Origin: Octopus sinensis | Lineage: Eukaryota | Direction of reading: 5' to 3' | DNA length: 32,317 nucleotides | Assembly: GCF_006345805.1 (NCBI RefSeq) | Contig: NW_021829615.1 | Span: 1-32,317, forward strand | Shown: piece after piece, positions 1 to 12,029 of the stretch | Numbering within the stretch: the first letter of the stretch is position 1 | Layout: every line of letters begins with the position of its first letter | Program-made: the position numbers and the translations under genes | Notes under the pieces: generated by a model | Told to the model about the DNA's origin: nothing | The model's database searches: none | The model's input: only the letters and a program-made list of their open reading frames with translations

Positions 1-117
1 TAGAAGAAGAAGAAGAAGAAAATAAGAAGAAGAGGGGCAGAAATTAAACGAATAATCGAACAACAGAAAGAAAATACAGAGAGACGGAAAGAGAGGGACA
101 GACAGAGACAGACAGAG

Positions 118-172
<55 letters not shown>

Positions 173-440
173 ATGAAAGAAAGAAGAATGAAAGAAAGAA
201 AGAGAGAAAGAAAGAAATATAGATAGACAGAAAATAAAAAAGAAAGAAAGGAAAGTGGGAACAAATGGAAAAATTAGAAAGAAAACTTTAGATATCATAA
301 AAGGAGATAAAACGGTAGGATTGCGTGGAGATTGAGAGAGGAGTGAAGAGAGAAAATGTGAGAGAGGAAAGGAAAGAGGGGCAGAGAAGGGGAAGAAGGG
401 AGAATGAGAGAGAGGGGGAGGTGAATAAATGAAAATAAAT
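1..440. repeat. Purine-rich low-complexity tract, (AAG)n/(AAAG)n/(AG)n
   Basis: Visible directly; perfect (AAAG)n at about 118-175. Confidence 0.95.
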
Positions 441-646
441 GATTGGAAAACAGCTAGATCGGGTAGATTTTGGGGGACAGAGAAATCCAGTTGTACCCGT
501 TACCATAGATGTGAGGAGATAAGTGGCTTCTTGAAAATACTTCTAGAAACATCTTAACACTTTCAGTAAAGCATGTTACAGGTTCTCTCTGTTGTTGCTG
601 CTGCAGCTGCTGCCGTTGTTTTGATGTTCGTATTGTTATTAAATGT

Positions 647-935
647 GGAGGCACAATGGCCCAGTGTTTAGAGCAGCGGATTCACGATCGGAGGATCACG
701 GTTTCGATTCCTAGACCGGGCGTTGTGTGTGTTTATTGAGCGAAAACACCTAAACGTTCCACAAGACTCCGGCACGGGAATGGTGGCGACCCCTGCTGAA
801 CTCTTTCGCCACAACTTTCTCTCACTCTTTCTTCCACGCTGCGATGGACTGGCGTCCCGTCCAGATGGGGGGAACACATACGCCACAGAAACCGGGAAAG
901 CGGGCCCAAGAACCTGGCTAGGCTTGAAAAGGGCA
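647..935 (+). mobile_element. tRNA-derived SINE, family B
   Basis: Head GGAGGCACAATGGCCCAGTG (A-box-like) and GGTTTCGATTCC (B-box). The body is shared with 15159-15428 and 19304-19495. Contains CTGCGATGGACTGGCGTCCCGTCCAG. Confidence 0.85.
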
Positions 936-1564
936 ACGGTTGTTATCAAGTGAGTGGTATATTCTTGTTGCGGAAACCTGAGCTCAAAGACATTCCAGCC
1001 ATGAACATTCCGATGATTCCCTCTGGCACATCGTATCATGATTAAATTATCCAAGATGGCCGACCTATTTTTTAAAGGGGAGATTTCAGTGGTATATTTA
1101 GCTGCTATCTCTAGCATACGGAGCGAAAACAGATGGCTACACCCTCACTGGTTCGCGATAGTTTTGTTGTTACAATAAAATATTCTGTTGTTATTGCTGT
1201 TGTTGTTGATGTTTCTTCGTTCATGTTATTGTTGAAATACGTAATAGATCCTCATTGAAACAAACCTAAGTTCAGTGGACTTTCCAAACGTGACCATGCC
1301 GTCGTTTCATTCAGGTATATTCTATTTAGGGCAAGTCATACAACATGGTCGTCCTTATTGAAAAAAAGCATATTTAAGCTGTTTTTTTCTAGAATACAGA
1401 GCCAAGGCGAGATCGTCACTGATTTCTGTAGGCTGTTGCTCCAGCTTTTGTTGCTGTTGTTGCTTAGGAATAGATCAACACGGGTCACGCGAAACTACAC
1501 TCAAAGTCTGTCCAACCATGACTACCATGATTTTCTATTGGGACCTACATAATTTTACCCTAGA

Positions 1565-1965
1565 TATTCTTTATTGCCCAAGGCACAAGGCCCGAAATTT
1601 TGGGGGAGTGGGCCAGTCGATTAGATCGACCCCACTACGAAACTGGTACTTAATTTATCGACCTCGGAAGGTTGAAATGAAAAGTCGACTTCTGCGGGAT
1701 TTGAACTCAAAGCGCAAAGACAGCCGAAATACCTCTTTCTTTACTATCCACAAGGAGCTAAACACAGAGAGGACAAACAAGGACATACAAACGGATTAAG
1801 TCGATTATATCTACCTCAGTGCGTAACTGGTACTTAATTTATCTACCGAAAGGATGAAAGGAAAAGTCGACCTCGGCGGAATTTGAACTCAGAACATAAA
1901 GACAGTCGAAATACGGCTAAGCATTTCGCCCGTCGTGCTAACGTTTCTGTCAGCTCATTGCCTTA
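1565..1965 (-). mobile_element. SINE family A, head-to-tail dimer
   Basis: Two units, each with a GAGTTCAAAT(T)CC B-box and the CATCCTTTCGG..GATAAATTAAGTACCAGT core. Only the unit at the 1965 end keeps the head. Confidence 0.85.
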
Positions 1966-2105
1966 AAACATACAAATATTCTTTTCTGGTCTAGGCTCAA
2001 GGCCCGACATTATAATCATTCTTTCCAGCCATGGTTATCTCAGTTCCATATTTAAGAGATGAGGAATTATATACATAATTATTCGTCTTCATCTTGTTTG
2101 TTACT

Positions 2106-2151
2106 AACACAACGTTTCGGCTGATTTACCCTCCAGCCTTCTTCAGGTGTC
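2106..2151 (-). ncRNA. Minimal type I hammerhead ribozyme (most intact copy)
   Basis: Minus strand reads GACAC-CTGAAGA-A-GGCTG-gagggtaaat-CAGCC-GAAA-CG-TT-GTGTT. Stem I, canonical core, perfect 5-bp stem II, palindromic AACGTT stem III, GUU cleavage triplet. Confidence 0.8.
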
Positions 2152-2255
2152 TTGCGGAAATTTCGAACCTGGGTTCTTATTCCTAAGGTTTTTTTCGATG
2201 TAATTATTATTATTATTATTATTATTATTATCATTATTATTAATGTTATTGTTAA

Positions 2256-2329
2256 GGCATATGGCGTAGTGGTTAAAAGCGCGGGCTACTAACCCCAAGA
2301 TTCCGAGTTCGATTCCAAGCAGTGACCTG
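2256..2329 (+). promoter_or_regulatory. tRNA-derived head with Pol III A and B boxes
   Basis: A-box TGGCGTAGTGG at 2262-2272 and B-box GAGTTCGATTCC at 2305-2316. The acceptor stem does not pair properly, so this is not a true tRNA. Confidence 0.8.
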
Positions 2330-2396
2330 AACAACAACAACAACAACAACAAAACAACAACAACAACAACAAAACAACAACAACAACAACAACAAC

Positions 2397-2436
<40 letters not shown>

Positions 2437-2489
2437 TAACATCGAAAAATACCTTAGGAATGAGAACCCAGGTTAGAAATTTCCCCCAA

Positions 2490-2535
2490 GACACCTGATG
2501 AAGACTGGAGAGTATATCAGCTGAAACGTTGTGTT
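2490..2535 (+). ncRNA. Minimal hammerhead ribozyme, stem II mutated
   Basis: GACAC-CTGATGA-A-GACTG-gagagtatat-CAGCT-GAAA-CGTT-GTGTT. Confidence 0.7.
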
Positions 2536-2651
2536 AATAACAAATAAGATGAGGACAAATATCCGTTGAATGTCAATAATGTAAATAACGTAAATAATAT
2601 ACATGTTTATCTCCATGACTACATTATAATTTAAGATATTGAGGGAAGCGA

Positions 2652-2780
2652 CCACTACCACCATCAACTCCACCTCCACAATCACCACCACCACCTTCAC
2701 CATCGTCATCATCATCCTCCTCATCATCATCATCATCACCAACACCAACACTACTACAATCATATCGGTACCCCATCATC
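2652..2780. repeat. (CAC/CAT)n degenerate microsatellite
   Basis: Visible directly. Confidence 0.9.
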
Positions 2781-3059
2781 ACCCTTACTTTCGCTCTGTT
2801 TTCCACGACGTCTGAATAAGCAGAGCGTCAAGAAATGCCATGTGTATTTACTTAATGCCCTATATGTTCCGCGTTCAAATCCCGCTGCGACTAACTTTAT
2901 ATTTTATTCATCCAAGGTCAGTCTAATGAAGTGACAGCTAAAGTAGTTATTGGATCGATTTAATTAGCCATCACTCATTCGAATGTTGTGAACTTGTAAC
3001 CGTTGTTAACGATCAATATATGATTACATACCAACATAATTATTCCTTATTAATGACTG

Positions 3060-3560
3060 TCAACAACATCATCATCATCATCATCATCATCTTCGCTATC
3101 ACCATTACGTTCCTCATCAAATTCATCACCGTATCATTATCGAAGTAGTCGTCATTGTCATCGACAGCATTCACGTTGCTTTCATCATCGGCATCATAAT
3201 CACAGTCACTATCTTCATCAACATCATCAAACATCACCATCACCATCACCATCACCTTCTTCTTCTTCTTCTTCTTCTTCTTCTTCTTCTTCTTCTTCTT
3301 CTTCTTCTTCTTCTTCTTCTTCTTCTTCTTCTTCTTCTTCTTCTTCTTCTTCTCCATCTTCTTCTCCAAATCTCTTTTCATTTCCCTGTCTCATTCCTTT
3401 TCTTCGCCATTTTCTTCTCTTCTTTTTTCTTCTTCCTTTTCTTCTTCTTCTTCATTTTCTTCTTCTTCACCTCATGATTCTCGACATATCTTTCTTCCGT
3501 CATTAACTTTGCCTTTATCACAATCATCATCATCATCACCATCATCATCGTCATCAGCAA
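3060..3560. repeat. (CAT)n/(CTT)n compound microsatellite
   Basis: Perfect (CTT)n at about 3256-3352; source of the poly-Lys ORF. Confidence 0.95.
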
Positions 3561-3629
3561 TCATCTGGATAGAATATACACACAAGGTTCTTTTCGAAGT
3601 AGACATATTTCTCCTAAACTACATTTTTT

Positions 3630-3701
3630 CTCTCCTCTCTCTCATTCACTCACTCACTCTCTCTCACACACACACTCTCTCTCATACACACAAACGGACA
3701 C

Positions 3702-3761
<60 letters not shown>

Positions 3762-3890
3762 ACACACAAACGCACCTTCCACCAAACGCACACATAAAAC
3801 CGCCCTCTGTATGCACGAAACCATTTTCCTTACACAGAAACACACTACACAAGTGTTTCTGATGCTGTATAATTAACTCTACTCATTCTC

Positions 3891-3921
<31 letters not shown>

Positions 3922-3935
3922 ACACCACACACACG
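3630..3935. repeat. (CT)n/(CA)n microsatellites
   Basis: Visible directly. Confidence 0.9.
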
Positions 3936-4256
3936 CCATCGACCGACATTATCGTGCTAAATTATTTAATTATTCATTTTTACTTTCGTTCCCTATCAAA
4001 TCTATAATTGTTCCAAACAACCGAGGTTATGGCCTTATTTACAACAACTAAACGACATTACGTTAAATGTGTTACAATATTTCAGTTTTCTTTACATTTA
4101 GTGATAATCGAATTTACCTAATGTGATATTAGTTTTCAATATCGTTGTTTGCGATAAGGGCGCAGGATTGCAAGATCAATAAATCGTTAGACAAAAAAGT
4201 CCTGTGGTGTATATGCTCAGATTTATTTTTTCCGTTCTGAGTTCAAGTCCCACCAA

Positions 4257-4699
4257 GCATGGTGAGCTGGCAGAAACGGCAGGCGGCGAGCTGGCAGAAA
4301 CGTTAGCACGCCGGGCGAAATGCGTAGCCGTATTTCGTCTGCCGCTACGTTCTGAGTTCAAATTCCGCCGAGGTCGACTTTGCCATCCATCCTTTCGGGG
4401 TCGATTAAATAAGTACCAGTTACGCACTGGTGTCGATATTATCAACTTAATCCGTTTGTCTGTCCGTGTTTGTCCTCTCCGTGTTTAGCCTCTTGTGGGT
4501 AGTAAAGAAATAGATATTTCGTCTGTCTTTACGTTCTGAGTTCAAATTCCGCCGAGGCCGACTTTGCCTTTCATCCTTTCAGGGTCGATAAATTAAGTAC
4601 CAGTTACACACTGGGGTCGATGTAATCAACTTAATCCGTTTGTCTGTCCTTGTTTGTCCCCTCTATGTTTAGCCCCCTGTGGGCAATAAAGAAATAAGG
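4257..4699 (+). mobile_element. SINE family A dimer nested in an older family A copy (about 4205-4257 and 4700-4825)
   Basis: Head GGCGGCGAGCTGGCAGAAACGTTAGC with a short 5' duplication. The second unit restarts at TATTTCGTCTG (about 4515). The flanks rejoin into one diverged copy. Confidence 0.85.
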
Positions 4700-4834
4700 A
4701 TGGCTTTGCCTCTTATCCATTCCAGGGTCCAGAAAATAGGTACTAATTGAGCACTGGGGTTAATGAACTAGATTGATCCTCTTGGCCGCAAATTTCAGGC
4801 CTTCTGCACGTTACTGAAAGAAATATCGATTTGC

Positions 4835-5042
4835 AATTTTGATAGATGCCCAGAAGGTTTGAGGCGGGGAGGCGATATCGATTACATCGACCCCAATGTT
4901 CAACAGGTGCTTATATTATCAACCTCGAAAGAAAGAAAGGCAGGTCGACCCTGGCGGAATTTGAACTCAGAAACTAAAGACGGATGAAATGCTGCTAAGC
5001 GTTTCCCCCGGTGAGCTAAATACTCCGCCAGTTCGCCGCCTA
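4835..5042 (-). mobile_element. SINE family A, diverged monomer
   Basis: GGCGGAATTTGAACTCAGAA (reverse complement of the B-box region); head ends in TTCGCCGCC. Confidence 0.8.
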
Positions 5043-5124
5043 GAAAGAAATATTATTGCTTGCAATAAAGTTGGTCGATTGCAAGGTCGGTAAGTCGTTA
5101 ATCCTGTCTACTATAGTCACGAAG

Positions 5125-5380
5125 AGTGAAATTTAGTGGCAGGGGATAATCGATTACATTGACCCCAGTGTTTTACTGGTATTTAATTTATTAACTCCGA
5201 AAGGATGAAAGGAATTTGAACTTACCACGTTGCGACGGGCGAAATACCTATTCTCTACTACCCACAAGGGACTAAACACAGAGGGAACAAAGAAGGATAG
5301 ACAAGCGGATTAAGTCCATTATATCGACCCCAGTGCGTAACTGGTACTTATTTATACGACCCCGAAAGGATGAAAGGCAG
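5125..5380 (-). mobile_element. SINE family A dimer lacking a head
   Basis: Two core copies joined at GAAATACC (about 5241-5248). Confidence 0.8.
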
Positions 5381-6695
5381 AGTTAAAATATATTACTTAT
5401 AAAGGTTTACTTCTCTACATAACAACGTTTCAAATATCAGTGTATCCTTTATAAGTAATATATTTTAACATAGACAGGATGTTGGTGAGGAGCGAGAGAA
5501 GTGACATTCGCCGGTGGGTTTTCGGGGAAATAAAGATTTAATGTAGATAGGTGCCTAACATTTACGACCTAGTACCTTTTGACCTTCTGTTTCATGAATT
5601 TTGCGATGCAGTACACGATTCTTTGCACCAAAGAAATATATCTTACTAATTTTGTTGGTTTTTGTCTTTTGGGAATCATCTATTTTTACATGTTATTCAA
5701 TACCGAATGTTATTTATTAGAATATATATATTCTTGGAATAGCAGCCATTCTATAAATAGTGGTGACAATATTCTCCTTAGAACATAGAACATATGTTAA
5801 ATTCTGTATGATAAATCATGTCATAAACGGTTCTCATTTTCCTCTCTGCATGTTCCTGATTTCATTTCAATTTCCAATTTATTATACCAAAAATGTGTTT
5901 AATTATTCAGATAACCAGTCTGTTCATACGAGCTAATATTTGCTTTGTCTTGGATATTTATATTCTCGTAATTACAATCAAATTCAACTAAACGCTACGG
6001 TTAAAAATATTTTCCACCATTGCATAACATCTACTATAACCTGCTTTGAATGTTCAAAAGTAGTTGTACGCATTTATATTTATTTCTTTGAATTATAAAC
6101 CTTGACATATTTTGGAGAAACTTGATTTCTATAGCCTGCGTTTTTAAGGGTCACTTCTGCACGTATCACAAAATCCCATATCGGTGTAGGCACCTGTTTC
6201 TAGAAATTCTAGTGTTTATGCTATAATATTTTATTGTCCTCGTGGTGTTCATAGTTTTAATTCCCCAACACAAGTGCAGTCATTTGTTGCCTTTCTTTGG
6301 CAGATGCCGTTGTTACCAAAGCGACCAATGTACATCAGTTGATCACCAAGTCGCACGACATACCCTCGATCGAGCTGACCTACACTCAAGGGTAATCAAA
6401 CTGTGATGAATGCACGTTTCTTATAAATAGGTAGATACGGAAACAATGCGGTCCCGAAAATCTGACCACAATGCAAAATCCCGTAATGCAAAATTCCGTA
6501 ATGCAAAATTAATTTTCTTATTTATTTACAATTTATCGAATGAGATTATCTTCCTAAAGACTTCTCGGAAAGAAAAAGCACAAGAGAACAGACAAACCGA
6601 TCACGCTTATAAATGAAAATAACCATTTCTCAACATAGTTCAATATTTGCATTATTTACATCTGACGGATATTTGTCCCCATCTTGTTTGTTGTT

Positions 6696-6741
6696 AACAC
6701 AACGTTTCGGCTAATATACCTTCCAGCTTTCATCAGGTGTC
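6696..6741 (-). ncRNA. Minimal hammerhead ribozyme
   Basis: Minus strand reads GACAC-CTGATGA-A-AGCTG-gaaggtatat-TAGCC-GAAA-CGTT-GTGTT. Confidence 0.72.
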
Positions 6742-6872
6742 TTGGGGAAATTTCGAACCTAGATTCACATTCCAAAGGTATTTTTTCCGATATTATTGTT
6801 GTTGTTTAGTTCACTGCCTGAAATCGAACTCGGAATCTTTGGGTTAGTAGCCCGCGCTGCCATATTCCTACA

Positions 6873-6942
6873 GGCATATGGCATAGTGGTTAAGAACGCG
6901 GGTTACTAACCCCAAGATTCCGAGTTCGATTCCAGGCAGTGA

Positions 6943-6946
<4 letters not shown>
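6873..6946 (+). promoter_or_regulatory. tRNA-derived Pol III head (inverted partner at 6807-6868 has its A-box partly deleted)
   Basis: TGGCATAGTGG and GAGTTCGATTCC; near-identical to 2256-2329. Confidence 0.8.
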
Positions 6947-7020
<74 letters not shown>

Positions 7021-7030
7021 TAATAATAAT

Positions 7031-7609
7031 AAATGCCCTGATGCAGTAGATAAATGCCCTGATGCAGTACCAGGCAGTGGCTCTCATGGCTTCTGATCTT
7101 AACTGATTGGAAGTGTTATCATGTACATTGTTTTGTTTTGGTATAAAAGATGGGCTACAGCAAATATTCTGCTCAATACCACAGATTTGCTTGTCAGTTG
7201 TTTGACCTTAACCAGTTGAGCATGTCCCTTCGTGGCTGACAATATGTGCATCTCTGATCACGAGCAGAAGTAGTGGGGGAGCATCATAGCCATGTGTTGA
7301 GAGGGATTCTTTGGGGTTTGAATGGTTCACCTCTGGAAACATGGGTGGTTCTTTCAACATCCTTAAACAACCCTTGTTCAGGGACCGTTTGAGCGGGATG
7401 GACTACTCAATCTGAAGAAAATTCTAACTGGGCCCCACCTGCAAGGTCATGTGCTGTTTATCTTGATATGAGATCACCATGTCGCGCACATATGGTTGTG
7501 ATGCATGTGCCTGGTGTACCTTTATCAGACGGGTAATCATGATGGGTATATTGGGCTTCGTATATTTTACCCCAGTGTCACTTTGATGGCATGCACTGCT
7601 CTCTCACTC
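7031..7609 (+). mobile_element. Interspersed repeat inserted in (AAT)n, probably a non-LTR retrotransposon 3' region
   Basis: Flanked by (AAT)n on both sides. Homologous copies at 20506-20880 (-) and 28853-29039 (+). A 19-bp duplication lies at the left junction. Confidence 0.75.
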
Positions 7610-7656
<47 letters not shown>

Positions 7657-7714
7657 CAACAACAACATCGATAAATACCTTAGGAATGAGAACCCAGGTT
7701 TTAAATTTACCCAA

Positions 7715-7760
7715 GACACCTGATGAAGGCTGGAGACTATATCTGCCGAAACGTTGTGTT
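7715..7760 (+). ncRNA. Minimal hammerhead ribozyme
   Basis: GACAC-CTGATGA-A-GGCTG-gagactatat-CTGCC-GAAA-CGTT-GTGTT, with one stem II mismatch. Confidence 0.75.
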
Positions 7761-8365
7761 AACAACAAACAAGATGAGGACAAATATCTGTCGAATGTAA
7801 ATAATGTAAACAATGTATATAATTCCTTATCTTTTAAATATAAAACTGTAGAGTTCAATATAGACTCAAAAAAATTTCAAAGGAAATAGGTTAAGAAATT
7901 AATAAATATCGTCATATCTTAAGAATACAAAAGATGTTGACTACTGTGTGTGGGTGGTGAAGCGCTCCTTCATACTACTGTATGATTGAGCGTTAGAAGG
8001 AAGATGAGGGATTATATTTACTTGTAGTTTCTTATCAGCAACATCTGCCTGAGGGGTGAATCACTCATCCAAAGTGCTTTGTTTATCACGCATCAGTTCT
8101 TTGTACAGCTCAGTATGGGAACATGAGTTCATTGTAAAATACTCTTGTAATTTTAATGTGACGTTCACGGTGAGAATCTTGGCCAATGAAGTGCTTCGTC
8201 CGTTCCCCTATAAGTGCCAACCTTTTAGCGATCATTTTTATGTTAAAAATTGGTCCGGGAAAGATCTGTTTGGTGAGAGCGGAAGATTGCGTTCTTCTTT
8301 TGGATTTAACAATGAAAACGAGATGACAAGTTGAAGGGCTGTGATTACAGTTAGATGAAAGGAGT

Positions 8366-8460
8366 GGCGTAGGAGTGGTAAGTAGCTTCCTTACCAACCA
8401 CATGGTTCCAGGTTCAGTCCCACTGCGTGGCACATCGGACAAGTGTCTTCTAATACAGCC
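8366..8460 (+). mobile_element. SINE family C, head-only fragment
   Basis: GGCGTAGGAGTGG...GGTTCAGTCCCACTGCGTGGCAC; matches 13112 onward. Confidence 0.8.
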
Positions 8461-9924
<1,464 letters not shown>

Positions 9925-10689
9925 TCAGAAGAAAACATTATACGGCTCTCAACTAATAATATACGAGATCTGAACGTGTGGAGCAAAAAGGCTTTGAAAG
10001 GACGGAAATATTCATATGTCTATATATATATATATCTAGGTATGTCTGTGTGTGTATTTATTTTAGCAGTAGTTTTGTATGTATTTATACGAATGTATAA
10101 GTGGTAACGGGGGAAACGACTTAATACCACAGTCACGTATCCTTTTATCGGGGGTAATATTTGAAGGAAATTCAGCTTAGTGAACTGATAGGTTCATCAG
10201 GTGAGTATATAAAAGGGATTGTTCTCGTCTTCGGTAATGCCCTTTCTTATCAAAGTCATTTACGTTTTTATCGCCTTTTCCTGTTTGTTTGGTTTTCATA
10301 CACACACATACACATACATGCATATATAATACACACACACACACACACATACACATATATATATATATATATATTGGCAATATAATCGCGTGACCAGATT
10401 TCATGACGTGTGGTATGGAGTATAATTTCTTAATATTAGAGACGCATTATTGTTATAGAATGTTTACAATATCCAGCGATGTGGGACGATATCAAAAGCT
10501 TTTTATAATCTATCCACGCTATGTTCACATTTTTTTGTTTTAATATTTCCCTACTGTCCTCAATTATTATTATTGTTGTTGTTATATCAGTAATAGTAGC
10601 AGCATCAATAGTAGTAGTAGTAGTATTCTTTACAATAGCCTTTCGTTAAGCTACCCGAATTTTATTGCGTACACATGACACAAAAGCAC

Positions 10690-10813
10690 ACGTACTCACA
10701 TACACACACACACATACACACATACATATACGTATCTATATACGCATATCAGTATATACGTATATGTACATATATATATATATATATACAAACAAACAAA
10801 CACGCACACATAC

Positions 10814-10888
<75 letters not shown>

Positions 10889-10960
10889 GTATATATATAT
10901 ATACAGGGATGCATATATATATATATATATATATATAGACAGGGATGCATATATACATAC
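10690..10960. repeat. (CA)n/(TA)n tract with duplicated ACAGGGATGCATATATA
   Basis: Visible directly. Confidence 0.9.
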
Positions 10961-11325
10961 GTAAAGAAAGATATAGTCACATAATAAAATATTGATCTAA
11001 TATGAACATATAATAAACAACACATAAATGACCCCAAATTATTCGTGAAGAAAGATCCAAGGCGATATATTATCGCCCTTTGTTTTATATTGCTATTCTT
11101 ATTGCCGAAAGATTGCATTCTTTCAATTTTATCTTCATGTTAGAAGAGCGAATCTTACAAGTGTTTTTCTACCTTCTTGCGGCAAAACATCGATGCGGAT
11201 GTTAACAGCTGACATGATTTTTTTAGTGAATTTTTTAAAAAATGATTGCTTTTATTTTTTGATTACTCTTTGCTGGCTCTTGTTTTCATCGTATTTTGTA
11301 GTATATTTATTTTTATTAACTTTTA

Positions 11326-11712
11326 TCTTTTACTTGTTCCATTCATTGATCTGCGGCCATGTTGGGTCACCACATGAAAGGGTTTTAGGCGAATGCATCA
11401 ATCGCATTGTTATATATTTCAAGTGTGATGTTTATTCAGTCCGTCTTTTCTCGAAGCGCTAATTTACCAACAAACTAACACCGGTTGTCGAGGGGTGGTG
11501 GTGGAGGACGAACACAAACACATTAACAAGCACACACCATACGCACACGCATACACACAGTAGGTTTCTTTTACTTTCTGTCTACTAAATCCACTTGCAA
11601 GGCTTTGATCGGCTCAAGGCTATAGAAAAATGCGCTAACCCAAGGCGGAGACTGAACCCGATACCATGTGCTTAGAAAGCAACCTTCTTACCACCCAACC
11701 AAGCTTACCCCT
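11326..11712 (-). mobile_element. SINE family C, old diverged copy
   Basis: Colinear similarity: TGCGGCCATG, CCGGTTGTC, CAAGGCTTTG, GACTGAACCCG. Confidence 0.75.
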
Positions 11713-11744
11713 ATATATATATCGGTTAAATTTATGAACTTTTT

Positions 11745-11910
11745 ATCGAGTTGGAATTTTTTACGTTCTGACTTCGAATTCCGCTGAGGTTGACTTTGCC
11801 TTTCATCCTTCCGTTGTCGATAAAATCAGTACCTGTCGAGTACTGGGGCCGAGGTAATTGACTTTTCCTCTCCCCATAAACTTGCCTGCCTTGTGTAAAA
11901 ATTTGAAATT
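11745..11910 (+). mobile_element. SINE family A, diverged
   Basis: TTACGTTCTGACTTCGAATTCCGCTGAGGTTGACTTTGCCTTTCATCC. Confidence 0.75.
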
Positions 11911-11911
11911 A

Positions 11912-11973
<62 letters not shown>

Positions 11974-12029
11974 ATTATTATTATTATTATCATCATCATC
12001 ATCATCATCATCATTATTATTATTATTAT

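Larger units (their letters stand above)
2041..2601. mobile_element. Foldback tRNA-head/hammerhead element, copy 1 (Penelope-like, non-autonomous)
   Basis: Inverted arms at about 2075-2200 and 2440-2565, plus a left-only extension to 2041. tRNA-like head at 2256-2329 and (TTA)n/(AAC)n(AAT)n linkers. Flanking direct repeat CATGKTTATCTC at 2030-2041 and 2602-2613. Confidence 0.8.
6647..7851. mobile_element. Foldback tRNA-head/hammerhead element, copy 2 (head-to-head palindrome with a secondary insertion)
   Basis: Left arm 6650-6868 is the reverse complement of the right arm (6873-7030 plus 7610-7808). Centre GCCATATTCC-TACA-GGCATATGGC. Right-only tail to 7848. Flanking direct repeat AGTTCAATAT at 6637-6646 and 7852-7861. 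Confidence 0.85.

Noticed and set aside
668-1117. 149-aa ORF
   Set aside because: Antisense read through a family B SINE; no recognisable domain.
2256-2329. Functional tRNA gene
   Set aside because: No proper acceptor stem and no T-run terminator; it recurs as part of a repeat at 6873.
5418-5445. Hammerhead-like CTGATA...GAAACGTT on the minus strand
   Set aside because: Incomplete core and no stem II.
5400-6300. Possible decayed transposase in AT-rich sequence
   Set aside because: No convincing motif recovered by eye; needs tBLASTx.
6304-6391. Candidate internal exon (pyrimidine tract-CAG ... GGTAAT)
   Set aside because: Overlaps an old repeat motif, has no recognisable peptide and no supporting neighbour exons.
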